Positions 6,535-14,892 of a stretch of 25,242 nt of DNA are shown in pieces. The translations under genes were made by a program, and so were the position numbers. The notes beneath the pieces were generated by a model. That model did not search any database and had not been told where the DNA came from. It saw only the letters and a list, made by a program, of their open reading frames with translations. This stretch comes from a virus (Duplodnaviria; Heunggongvirae; Uroviricota; Caudoviricetes). Every line of letters begins with the position of its first letter. Within the stretch, counting starts at the first letter, position 1. The stretch lies in the IMG/VR virus record IMGVR_UViG_3300022561_001209; one strand, given 5' to 3'.

Positions 6535-6693
6535 ATTTGTTGTTCCTCCTTGTATTTGTGTACTATACTTGTCCTTTTCTTCAAAGTGTTTATTTACTAA
6601 TATTTCAAATTATATATTATACCTAAAATAAAACTATTTTAATTTATACTTATTTGACAGCTGTTACTGACTTTATAAAATAATTTCAACTCT

Positions 6694-7389
6694 TTATGTA
6701 ACTAAATTCCTTACTCTACCTACTATCCCTTTAGCATAGTCTATATTGCTCTCTATGTGCATTTTATCACAACCCATTATCTCATTTTCTAGTTTGTTAC
6801 TAAAACTATTGTTTACATAATTCATTGTACCGAATAGTATGTTTATTGCTACAACTACTTCTATATGACAACCATAATCTGATATACTCTTACCATTAGA
6901 AACATTGCTTAATGACATTCTGTTAGATTCTTTTGTTAATGTATTTAATACATATTCTTTAAAATCTATGACCTTACCTATATCATTAAATATAACAAGT
7001 ACATTCTTATTTTCAGGTTTTCCATTTTCTATGTATTCACTGTATTTCTCACTACTGAATTTTTCAAATCTTCCTATATTATTCATAATCAATGTATAAT
7101 CAGGCTCTAATTTGAATACGTTACTTATTCTCTCTTTATATTCATTGTAAATTTCTCTTTTTTTCATGTAAGTATTTTTACTTTGTAATTTACTAACTTC
7201 TTCGTTTAATCTCTGTAAGTATTTGTTTATTACTTGATTTTTACTTACACTCAGCTTATAATTATTTACTTGAATCATAAAATTTATGTATCCATCAATA
7301 CTTTTGAAGTTTATGTTTTTATTTAAGTAATATACTTCTTTTCCGTTCATCTCTTCTGGTTCATGTATCTTATTATACCAAGTTATCAT
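6694..7389 (-). CDS. hypothetical protein, 231 aa
   Basis: GGGGGA RBS, long ORF, no motif recognised. Confidence 0.85.
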   Translation of the reverse strand: MITWYNKIHEPEEMNGKEVYYLNKNINFKSIDGYINFMIQVNNYKLSVSKNQVINKYLQRLNEEVSKLQSKNTYMKKREIYNEYKERISNVFKLEPDYTLIMNNIGRFEKFSSEKYSEYIENGKPENKNVLVIFNDIGKVIDFKEYVLNTLTKESNRMSLSNVSNGKSISDYGCHIEVVVAINILFGTMNYVNNSFSNKLENEIMGCDKMHIESNIDYAKGIVGRVRNLVT

Positions 7390-7411
7390 ATTTTAGTCCC
7401 CCATTATTTTA

Positions 7412-7630
7412 TTAGTTTCTTCTATATCTTTTTCTATTTATTTCATTTTGTAATGAATTGTGTGACCTTATTGATTCTTTTAGGCACTGTATAGTTATCT
7501 TTAAATCGTCTATTTCATCTAAATATCCAAATGCCTCAAGGTTTAATTTTTTAACATCTTCTTTCAATAGTTTGTTTTTTTCTGCTAAGTTATTCATTTC
7601 TTTTTCTCTATCTTCTATATCTTCTGTCAT
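7412..7630 (-). CDS. small coiled-coil hypothetical protein, 72 aa
   Basis: heptad-like E/K/L pattern; AGGGA RBS. Confidence 0.75.
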   Translation of the reverse strand: MTEDIEDREKEMNNLAEKNKLLKEDVKKLNLEAFGYLDEIDDLKITIQCLKESIRSHNSLQNEINRKRYRRN

Positions 7631-7652
7631 ATCATTTGTTATATCCCTAAGT

Positions 7653-7949
7653 TCATATACATATGTTTATTTTATATAATTAAGGATATGTAACTTCTGT
7701 TAAATGTTCTCCGAAATAATCTGTTATTAAATTATACTTTTGTATAACCTTACTTTTAATGTCTTTTCAAATTCCCATCTTGTATTTATAATTCTGAAGT
7801 AGCAATTTGTATGTGCAATAATCTTTTCTTTCTCTCATTATTTTTCTGTCTTCAAGCATATTTAAGATGTCTTTTATGTTTTACCCACCAAGTTTAATGT
7901 CTAACCATTTTAAATCGTTTGTTCTTTTTGTCATTATTACTTTAATCAT
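7653..7949 (-). pseudogene. probable pseudogene with in-frame stops
   Basis: ATG 7947-7949 after AAGAGAG; single frame MIKVIMTKRTNDLKWLDIKLGG*NIKDILNMLED...KMGI*KDIKSKVIQKYNLITDYFGEHLTEVTYP*LYKINICI* with stops at 7881, 7767, 7680. Confidence 0.5.
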
Positions 7950-7992
7950 GTCTCTCTTTTCTACTTTAGTTTATAAATATCTTATTAACTAT

Positions 7993-8021
7993 ATTATAAA
8001 CTAATTTTAAACATTTGTCAA
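7993..8021 (-). promoter_or_regulatory. consensus sigma-A promoter
   Basis: TTGACA 8016-8021, 17 nt, TATAAT 7993-7998. Confidence 0.9.
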
Positions 8022-8057
8022 GACTTTTTTTAATAATAATTAAAAATTTAATTAAAT

Positions 8058-8092
8058 AAAAAAATAACCGTCAATTAATTGGTGGTTATTTT
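8058..8092 (-). terminator. intrinsic terminator after the cca/U32 operon
   Basis: AAAATAACC...GGTTATTTT stem followed by a T-run on the minus strand, directly after the U32 stop. Confidence 0.75.
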
Positions 8093-8095
8093 ACT

Positions 8096-8980
8096 TTAGA
8101 AACATTTCCTATCGCATGTTTTACATTTAAATTCACAGTTTCCTTCAGCCATTCTTGAATATTTATACATTCTGTCTTTTAATATAAATCTTAGTAATAA
8201 TCTAATTACATCTGTATTTTCTACCAATTCTATATCAAAATCACTTTCTCCTGTATAGTAATTTAAACAACTTTCGTAAAGTTCTGCTGATTCACTTCTA
8301 TCAACTAATTTTATTGTGTTTATGTAAGGTAGTACCTTCATTAACACCTGTCTAGGTATAAAATATGAATTTAAATCATTAGGACATATGAAGTCACCGT
8401 ATATACGTCTGTCTGTTTTAAATAAATGTTTATCCATATTCATGCATGCAGGATTACAGTGGTGATTACATAAATAAACTAAGTTTACTTTCTTACTTGC
8501 TTCTCGTAAATATTCTTCATCTAGCATTTTATGATATGCTACAACTATGCTATCAAATCTTTCGTCTATTTCTTCATTATATGAATTTCCCACTATACTT
8601 CTATGAAACTTCAATCCCTTGTATATTGATTTTAATTTATAGAATTCATTGTCCCATTTAGTCACCATAAATCCTCTTACACCTAATTCACAGTATTTTT
8701 TTATTACATCTATATCCCCCTTAGGATATGTAATTACTATAGGTTTATGCACTAATATTCTTTTTATCAAATTAAAATATTCTTCTCTATCATATTTATA
8801 TAGAAACACCCTTCCAGACAATCCATCAGTACCATGTACTGGCATATATACTGATTGTATATAATCAGGATTTAAGTACTGTTCATTATTTGTTATGTTA
8901 TCGAACAGTACTTCCTCACCTTCAAATGTTAAAGGTATTTCAAATATTTCTCTAAAGTCTTCATTAAATTTTTGTCTCAT
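8096..8980 (-). CDS. peptidase U32-like (TrhP/RlhA/UbiUV superfamily) TIM-barrel Fe-S protein
   Basis: GLSGR, GVRGFMV, FDSIVV, LCNHHCNPAC, FICP, FIPRQ...IKLVDRS (cf. KIEGR/KISGR) and C-terminal CEFKCKTCDRKC follow the order of motifs in U32-like proteins. Confidence 0.7.
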   Translation of the reverse strand: MRQKFNEDFREIFEIPLTFEGEEVLFDNITNNEQYLNPDYIQSVYMPVHGTDGLSGRVFLYKYDREEYFNLIKRILVHKPIVITYPKGDIDVIKKYCELGVRGFMVTKWDNEFYKLKSIYKGLKFHRSIVGNSYNEEIDERFDSIVVAYHKMLDEEYLREASKKVNLVYLCNHHCNPACMNMDKHLFKTDRRIYGDFICPNDLNSYFIPRQVLMKVLPYINTIKLVDRSESAELYESCLNYYTGESDFDIELVENTDVIRLLLRFILKDRMYKYSRMAEGNCEFKCKTCDRKCF

Positions 8981-8993
8981 TTATATTTCCCCT

Positions 8994-10313
8994 TTAGCAA
9001 TGTTTTAATAACTCTTCTTTTGTGTTATCTATTTCCTCGTTTATTACCATTTCAAGTAATCTGTTTAATGTTTCTCCTATTTCTTTACTTGGTTTATATC
9101 CCTTTTTAATTAAATCATCTCCGCTTATTGCTAAACTTTTTAACGTAAAACTTAAATCATCTAATTCTAAATTATCAATCATTTTTTCAATTTCATCTAA
9201 CATATTTAATCTTTCTTCAGGTCCGATTACACCTTGCTGACCTTTTACATCAGCTCTATTTAACTTTAGGAGTTTTCTAAATGTACTCTCACCCAATTTA
9301 TTTATCATTCTTTTTATAAACTTAGTTGTGACTGAAAGTTGAATGTCATGATATTTTATTAATGTTATTATTTCTTCTATTTCTTTATTACTAAATCTAA
9401 GTCTGTTTAATATCTCTTCTGCTAACCCTCTTGAAACTTCAGCGTGTCCGTAAAAATGCCCTATATTTTCCACTGGTTTTTCTGTATAACAATATGGTTT
9501 ACCAACATCATGCAATAATGCTGCTATTTTCAATATTCTATCGTTTTCTGATTCTCTAACTACTTCTATAGTATGTGTCCACACATCATTCTTATGATAA
9601 GGATTGTTTTGCTCAAACCCATCTGATTTTTCCAATTCAGGTATTATTTCGAATATCACATCTTTAAACTCTCTTAATATTCTACTTACCCCTTTACCTG
9701 TAAGTATTTTGCTTATCTCTACACTTATTCTTTCAGCTGACACATTTTTTAATTTGTCTTTAAATGTATGAATAACTTCTGCTGTCTCATTCTCTATTTC
9801 AAAATCTAATACTGAAGCAAATCTCAATGCTCTTAGTATTCTTAAACTGTCTTCACCAAATCTTTCACAAGGACTTCCTACACATCTTATTATGCCTTGT
9901 TCTAAATCTGACTTACCTCCAAATATATCTATTAAGCCATCCTTTTCAGAATAAGCCGTTGAATTAATAGTAAAGTCTCTTCTACTTAAATCCTCCTCTA
10001 TTTTATTCGTAAATATTACTTCATCAGGGTGTCTACCATCTGAATAATCACCATCTATTCTGTATGTAGTTACTTCAAAACCTTCTTCACCTAACATAAC
10101 AGTAATAGTTCCGTGTTTCAATCCTGTTGGTATCACTTTGTATGACTTAAACACTTTCAGCATCTGTTCAGGTAATGCGTTTGTGCATATATCCCAATCT
10201 TTAGGTTCTTTGTTTAACATACTATCTCTGACACATCCACCTACAACGTATCCATCAAATCCTGCCTTATTTAATTCATTTATTATTTTAACTGCGTTCC
10301 CGTTTAGTTTCAT
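8994..10313 (-). CDS. cca: class II CCA tRNA nucleotidyltransferase with HD domain
   Basis: VGGCVRD...DWDICT, EVTTYRID + YSDGRHP loop, RRDFTINS, EDSLRILRALRF, SAERI, HD motifs HKNDVWTHT / LLHDVGKP / FYGHAE / YHD. Confidence 0.95.
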   Translation of the reverse strand: MKLNGNAVKIINELNKAGFDGYVVGGCVRDSMLNKEPKDWDICTNALPEQMLKVFKSYKVIPTGLKHGTITVMLGEEGFEVTTYRIDGDYSDGRHPDEVIFTNKIEEDLSRRDFTINSTAYSEKDGLIDIFGGKSDLEQGIIRCVGSPCERFGEDSLRILRALRFASVLDFEIENETAEVIHTFKDKLKNVSAERISVEISKILTGKGVSRILREFKDVIFEIIPELEKSDGFEQNNPYHKNDVWTHTIEVVRESENDRILKIAALLHDVGKPYCYTEKPVENIGHFYGHAEVSRGLAEEILNRLRFSNKEIEEIITLIKYHDIQLSVTTKFIKRMINKLGESTFRKLLKLNRADVKGQQGVIGPEERLNMLDEIEKMIDNLELDDLSFTLKSLAISGDDLIKKGYKPSKEIGETLNRLLEMVINEEIDNTKEELLKHC

Positions 10314-10317
10314 TATT

Positions 10318-10827
10318 TCACTTCCTTATGTATAAGTATGTACTTCTTTCAAAATGTAAATCACCTATTATTTCTTCTAATTTATATTTTCTAGGAAATT
10401 TAGGAATATTTTTCTCAACATAACCCATTTCTTCTAAATCCTTTATAGGTGTTCCTATGTACATATAAAAATGTTCTCTACCCAATTTTATTGATGATTT
10501 CATCATTTCCTTTATTGTCTCTATCCCCATATTTTCTAATACAAATATAGAACATTCATTAGGTATTTTACTTATTTCCTCTAATATATTCATTTTGTCA
10601 ATTTCAATTTTAAATATATTGAAATTGAAATCATCTTGTAATATTTTATTTAAGTCTATATCTTCACCCATATTTGTTAACATGTAAGTCTCTTTGCATA
10701 TTCTACCTATAAAATCAGATATGTATATTATATTATTATCGTTAAATATTTCTGAGTTATACCCCACATCTTTATTGTCAAATATACTTGTTTTAAATTC
10801 TTTTAAAGTTCTTTTAATTGTTCTCAA
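10318..10827 (-). CDS. hypothetical protein, 169 aa (TTG start)
   Basis: GAGG RBS before TTG; abuts cca with a 4-nt gap. Confidence 0.75.
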   Translation of the reverse strand: MRTIKRTLKEFKTSIFDNKDVGYNSEIFNDNNIIYISDFIGRICKETYMLTNMGEDIDLNKILQDDFNFNIFKIEIDKMNILEEISKIPNECSIFVLENMGIETIKEMMKSSIKLGREHFYMYIGTPIKDLEEMGYVEKNIPKFPRKYKLEEIIGDLHFERSTYLYIRK

Positions 10828-10921
10828 ATTTCCTCACACCCTTAATAAAAATGTCAGATGTAATTTTAGACAAATCACACCCAACACTTCTATACAATTA
10901 TGTAATATTTATTCGTAAATA

Positions 10922-12031
10922 TTACATTCTATCCAATATTCTGTAAAATTCATTTACTTGTTCTTCAGATAATAACTCTGATACTCCACTTTCAATCCAA
11001 TTCTCAAATTCTTCTCTAGGTGTCTTTACAACTAATTTCTCAGATTGAAATTCTTCAGCCTTTTTAATTATTCTTGCTTCACCCTCACTAACCATTACAG
11101 GTTTTCTTCCTGCTTGAATTGCACAAGTTAATTCGTCTTGATTTTCTACTGGAATACTGTTCTCTCCATGTTCTTCTTTGAATGAATTATAAGCCATAGA
11201 ACTTAATACATCATCTTGTACATATGGGTACATATCTGTTATATACTGTGTATCCATTGCTTTTTCTTTAATTAGTTTAAGTGCTAATTGTCTGTCTTGA
11301 CTAATTACACTTTGCCATAACATAGATGTCTGCCAACTTAAATTAAAACTGTCAACTAACTTTCTATCTCTGTCTAATTTAATTACTTCAGGATTAAAGT
11401 CATATCCGTAAACTAATCCTTGATGACTATTTACATACAACCCTTTTACAAATACTTTTCCTTTGTATTTTTCGCTTAATAATATTCTTCCTGTTTTACC
11501 TACATAAACTTCTCCAACTTCTTGTAAATGTAAGTTACTCTTTACTATTCCTTTGTATTCTTCAGGTGTAATTCCTTCTATCTCTATCATTAAATCATGA
11601 CTAGGAATTTTTGACCGTATTGAAGTTTTTTCTACTATTATTGTAGGCACTAAACTATTTGCAAATCTTCTGCTTTTAACTAATTTTGTATTCCAAATTT
11701 CCTTTGCCCCGTAGTTATAAACTGTTACTTTTTTATCTTCTCTTAGAAGAACCATAAATGCTATCTTATAACCTTCTCCATGTTGTCCTATTGTTCTGTC
11801 GTCATCTCTTTTTGAAGAACTTCCCAATAGTAATGTATCAAGTGTTAATATAGAAGTCTTATTTCCTATTCTTAAAACCTGTTCTTTTTCACCATATCCG
11901 AAATACATTTTATTTTCTGGATTAGTTGTTTCATTGTCTATTGCATTTTGAAATAATTCCCTTATTGCATCTACATAATTCCAATTTAGTACATAATCAG
12001 TTGATATTGTTAATTCAAATTTACTTGTCAT
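10922..12031 (-). CDS. stand-alone GHKL (Hsp90/MutL/MORC-like) ATPase
   Basis: AIRELFQNAID, LGSSSK, IGQHGEGYKIA Bergerat-fold motifs; GGGAGAG RBS. Confidence 0.88.
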   Translation of the reverse strand: MTSKFELTISTDYVLNWNYVDAIRELFQNAIDNETTNPENKMYFGYGEKEQVLRIGNKTSILTLDTLLLGSSSKRDDDRTIGQHGEGYKIAFMVLLREDKKVTVYNYGAKEIWNTKLVKSRRFANSLVPTIIVEKTSIRSKIPSHDLMIEIEGITPEEYKGIVKSNLHLQEVGEVYVGKTGRILLSEKYKGKVFVKGLYVNSHQGLVYGYDFNPEVIKLDRDRKLVDSFNLSWQTSMLWQSVISQDRQLALKLIKEKAMDTQYITDMYPYVQDDVLSSMAYNSFKEEHGENSIPVENQDELTCAIQAGRKPVMVSEGEARIIKKAEEFQSEKLVVKTPREEFENWIESGVSELLSEEQVNEFYRILDRM

Positions 12032-12191
12032 AATTTACACTCTCCCTTTAATTTTAGTTTGTTTTTAATTTAACATAGTTACTAGTATGTACTTTTACTT
12101 ACTGTTCAATTTCTGTTTAATTACTATCTTCAAGTTATGTTTACATCTTCTGTCATTTCTTTAATTTCTCTTTCCTTTATCTTATATACTC

Positions 12192-12220
12192 ATTATATAC
12201 TAAATAAATCATTTTGTCAA
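12192..12220 (-). promoter_or_regulatory. consensus sigma-A promoter (extended -10)
   Basis: TTGACA 12215-12220, 17 nt, TATAAT 12192-12197. Confidence 0.9.
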
Positions 12221-12256
12221 GACCTTTTTTAAACTTTTTTTAATAATTTTCAAAAT

Positions 12257-12282
12257 AAAAAATCATCTTAATAAGATGATTT
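12257..12282 (-). terminator. intrinsic terminator after the GNAT gene
   Basis: AAATCATCTTA / TAAGATGATTT inverted repeat with T-run on the minus strand. Confidence 0.75.
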
Positions 12283-12311
12283 CTATAACATTCTTTTGAT
12301 ATTCCTTTTAA

Positions 12312-12653
12312 TTAAATGTTAAACCATAAACATCCTTCGTCTCTTTGCTCAAATCCATGTTCTATATACCATTTATGTAATTCGCTAAAACTTAAGTTAC
12401 TGTAAGGATTTATTTCGCACATCAAACTCACATCATTTTGTTGTACTATATTTAGTAGTTCATCTAATAATTTACTACCTATTCCATTGCCTCTAAATTC
12501 TTCTGGTACATTTATTCTATTAAAGTAATATATCTTGCTTTTATTTATTTTACCTTCGTAAACATCTGTTATATTACTAGCTTCTGCCAATGCTAACTTG
12601 TTTCCAATTTTTTCATATACTGTTATAGTTAAATCATTAATGTTACTTTTCAT
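12312..12653 (-). CDS. GNAT-family N-acetyltransferase
   Basis: RINVPEEFRGNGIGSKLL (acetyl-CoA motif A), WYIEHGF. Confidence 0.88.
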   Translation of the reverse strand: MKSNINDLTITVYEKIGNKLALAEASNITDVYEGKINKSKIYYFNRINVPEEFRGNGIGSKLLDELLNIVQQNDVSLMCEINPYSNLSFSELHKWYIEHGFEQRDEGCLWFNI

Positions 12654-12671
12654 ATAATCCCCCTATTTAAT

Positions 12672-13349
12672 TTATAATGATTTATTTTTCTTAATTGAAT
12701 TTCTAGTTATCAATGTTTGTAAAGTCGTTTTGCTCCTGTTTAAATATTTAACTATAGTATTCCAAGATTTTATTCCGTGATATTTCCTTATGTATTCTAC
12801 ACATTTTTCTTTTTCTTCTTCTGTCATGAATTCGCATTTCTTATTAGTTTTTTGCACTATTCTAATTTCATTTAAATAGCAATATCTGCTTATTGTATTA
12901 CAATTTACTCCAAATTCTTCTCCTAAATCTAATGTACTTTTAGTTTCTAACTGTTTTCTTATGTAATCCACAACATCTTCTTCTTTATCAAATTTTTCAT
13001 CTATGACTTCTTTTATTATGCTGTGTAATTTACTGTTTTTATTTTCTCTGTATTCCTCTAGAAAATCTAACAGTAATTTTTCATCTATACTCATTTCGTT
13101 AGCTAACTCTTTTTTATGTTTAAATATATTATTATAAATGTAATTTATTTCTTTTTCAGACAAATCGTATTTATCTACATAATAATTTATATCCACACTT
13201 TTATATGTTATAACAGTATTTATTTTATTTATTTTACAATATTTTTTTATATCTTCTACGTTTACTGCTATGTCACTCGCTATTTTTAATGGTGTTCTTT
13301 TACCCATACATTTTCTAATGTATTTTTCTTCTAATTCTGTAAATTCCAC
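12672..13349 (-). CDS. tandem HTH-repeat protein (about 4 repeats)
   Basis: repeating (F/L/M)(T/S)ExExxYI...IA..L.....I..Y units of about 50-60 aa; GAGGAG RBS, GTG start. Confidence 0.7.
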   Translation of the reverse strand: MEFTELEEKYIRKCMGKRTPLKIASDIAVNVEDIKKYCKINKINTVITYKSVDINYYVDKYDLSEKEINYIYNNIFKHKKELANEMSIDEKLLLDFLEEYRENKNSKLHSIIKEVIDEKFDKEEDVVDYIRKQLETKSTLDLGEEFGVNCNTISRYCYLNEIRIVQKTNKKCEFMTEEEKEKCVEYIRKYHGIKSWNTIVKYLNRSKTTLQTLITRNSIKKNKSL

Positions 13350-13361
13350 TTTTCTACTCCT

Positions 13362-14258
13362 CTAGTTTTTAAATTTTTCCATTACTCTATTAAAAGAACT
13401 TTTCCACTCTTTATCATATTCTACTTCTTCTCCCACTATAAATTCTGTTAATTTTCCTATTTCTACATTTTCTATGTCCTTTATAACTCTAAAGTATCTT
13501 TCAGATACTTCTATATATCCGCCTTCTCTTAGTTCTTTGTACATCTCTTTAATTTCTTCTTTTATGTTATTAGATACGTTTTTTGTAGGTATCAATGAGT
13601 TTTTAAGTATTTTTATACTTTCGTTGTACTTTTTGTATTTACCTATAACTATTACACCATTTTTATTTAAAAATACAGCTCTTTCACCATTTTCATAATC
13701 TTTAATATCTATATTAGTTATTTTTTTAATTTCATCATAACTTTTAATTTGAGAATAATCATATGTGTTTTTATTGTCTTCTTCAATTCTTCTGTTTATT
13801 TCTTCTTCTGCATTTTTCTCAATTATTTTTTCTATTTCACTATCTACTGTATTGCCTTCTTTTGTTTCTATTTCTATTATATCAGCTTTACCTTTCGTTT
13901 CCTTTTGTACTTCAATTTCATTTGTATTGTTTAGTATGTTACTAATTATTTCAGCGTCACCTATCAATTCTTTTAACTCGTTAAATTTTGACTCTTTTAC
14001 TAAATTAAATATCTTCTCATTAATTTTGTTTCTTACTTCTTCTATCACTATTTTCTTTTCATATACTTTGGTATGTATTAATATCGTTCTCAAATCTACT
14101 ATGTTTTTGTTGTTTGTGTTTATATTTCTTAGAGCGTCTATTGTTTCATCTTCAAATAGTTTGTTTAATAACTCTTGTTTGTATTCATTTAATTGTGAAA
14201 ACTTATTACCCATTTCTAGATTGTATTTAGTTACTATTTCTTTTAATATCTTTTCCAT
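13362..14258 (-). CDS. coiled-coil N-terminus + DUF4357 (RAMA-like) C-terminal domain
   Basis: C-terminal VFL..G...G...IKILKNS...LREGGYIE...FRVIKDIE...FIVG...EWK resembles the DUF4357 pattern as I recall it; GGGAG RBS. Confidence 0.55.
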   Translation of the reverse strand: MEKILKEIVTKYNLEMGNKFSQLNEYKQELLNKLFEDETIDALRNINTNNKNIVDLRTILIHTKVYEKKIVIEEVRNKINEKIFNLVKESKFNELKELIGDAEIISNILNNTNEIEVQKETKGKADIIEIETKEGNTVDSEIEKIIEKNAEEEINRRIEEDNKNTYDYSQIKSYDEIKKITNIDIKDYENGERAVFLNKNGVIVIGKYKKYNESIKILKNSLIPTKNVSNNIKEEIKEMYKELREGGYIEVSERYFRVIKDIENVEIGKLTEFIVGEEVEYDKEWKSSFNRVMEKFKN

Positions 14259-14287
14259 TTTCTTCTTCTCCCTTAGTTTATCTTTTG

Positions 14288-14320
14288 TAACAAGTCCTTA
14301 ATCTCTATAACTTGTCCTTA
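14288..14320. promoter_or_regulatory. operator-like direct repeat in the 5' leader
   Basis: TAACAAGTCCTTA (14288-14300) and TAACTTGTCCTTA (14308-14320), 20-bp period, just downstream of the promoter. Confidence 0.45.
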
Positions 14321-14335
14321 TTTTTAATATATCTT

Positions 14336-14364
14336 ATTATACCACAATATAAATTATTTGTCAA
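14336..14364 (-). promoter_or_regulatory. consensus sigma-A promoter
   Basis: TTGACA 14359-14364, 17 nt, TATAAT 14336-14341. Confidence 0.9.
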
Positions 14365-14412
14365 CTATTTTTTTGACTTTTTAACTAACTTTTTTAAATT
14401 TAAAATTTTAAT

Positions 14413-14444
14413 AAAAAAATAACTACCTTTAAGGTAGTTATTTT
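14413..14444 (-). terminator. intrinsic terminator
   Basis: AAAATAACTACCTT / AAGGTAGTTATTTT inverted repeat + T-run; overlaps the stop of 14438..14665. Confidence 0.8.
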
Positions 14445-14665
14445 TCATTATGTATTTTATCATTCACTGTTAAATTACATATATTCTTTTGGAATATCCC
14501 AGGTTTATCTAAATATACTCCTGCCACATATTTATCATATTCTTCAGCTATAAGTCCTGGAAATGGATGTGTTATCCTACCAACTATTCCAACCATGTCT
14601 TCATCATCACTATCTGTAATAACCACCATTGTTCCTACTTCAAAATCTGTTTTACCTGCTTTCAT
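14438..14665 (-). CDS. small beta-rich (KOW/SH3-like) hypothetical protein
   Basis: FEVGTMVVITD...GIVGRI pattern; AGGAG RBS. Confidence 0.75.
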   Translation of the reverse strand: MKAGKTDFEVGTMVVITDSDDEDMVGIVGRITHPFPGLIAEEYDKYVAGVYLDKPGIFQKNICNLTVNDKIHNEK

Positions 14666-14679
14666 AAATGTTCTCCTTA

Positions 14680-14877
14680 TTATCCGAAATACATTAATAT
14701 ATCTGACAATACCAATTCACCATTTTTAAATATTAAGTCCTCTTTAAAATAATGTTTAATTTTATTTATGTTTACTTTAAATATATTGTCCATCTCTTCT
14801 TTAAATTCTGACACTATTTCGCTACCATTTTTATAAACTATATGGTATGTTGTACTATTAAATTTACAGTCAAACAT
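14680..14877 (-). CDS. hypothetical protein, 65 aa
   Basis: AAGGAG RBS. Confidence 0.75.
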   Translation of the reverse strand: MFDCKFNSTTYHIVYKNGSEIVSEFKEEMDNIFKVNINKIKHYFKEDLIFKNGELVLSDILMYFG

Positions 14878-14892
14878 AAATTTCTCCTTATC

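Noticed and set aside
6654-6682. Plus-strand TTGACA as an antisense promoter
   Set aside because: No TATAAT-like box at 16-18 nt spacing (TATAAA is only 14 nt away).
8096-8980. Annotating the U32-like protein as a collagenase/protease
   Set aside because: Characterised U32 members are Fe-S hydroxylases; no protease motif or secretion signal is visible.
10922-12031. Calling the GHKL protein RIIA, MutL or HtpG
   Set aside because: Only the shared ATPase motifs are recognisable; it is too short for those proteins and no rIIB or mutS neighbour is present.
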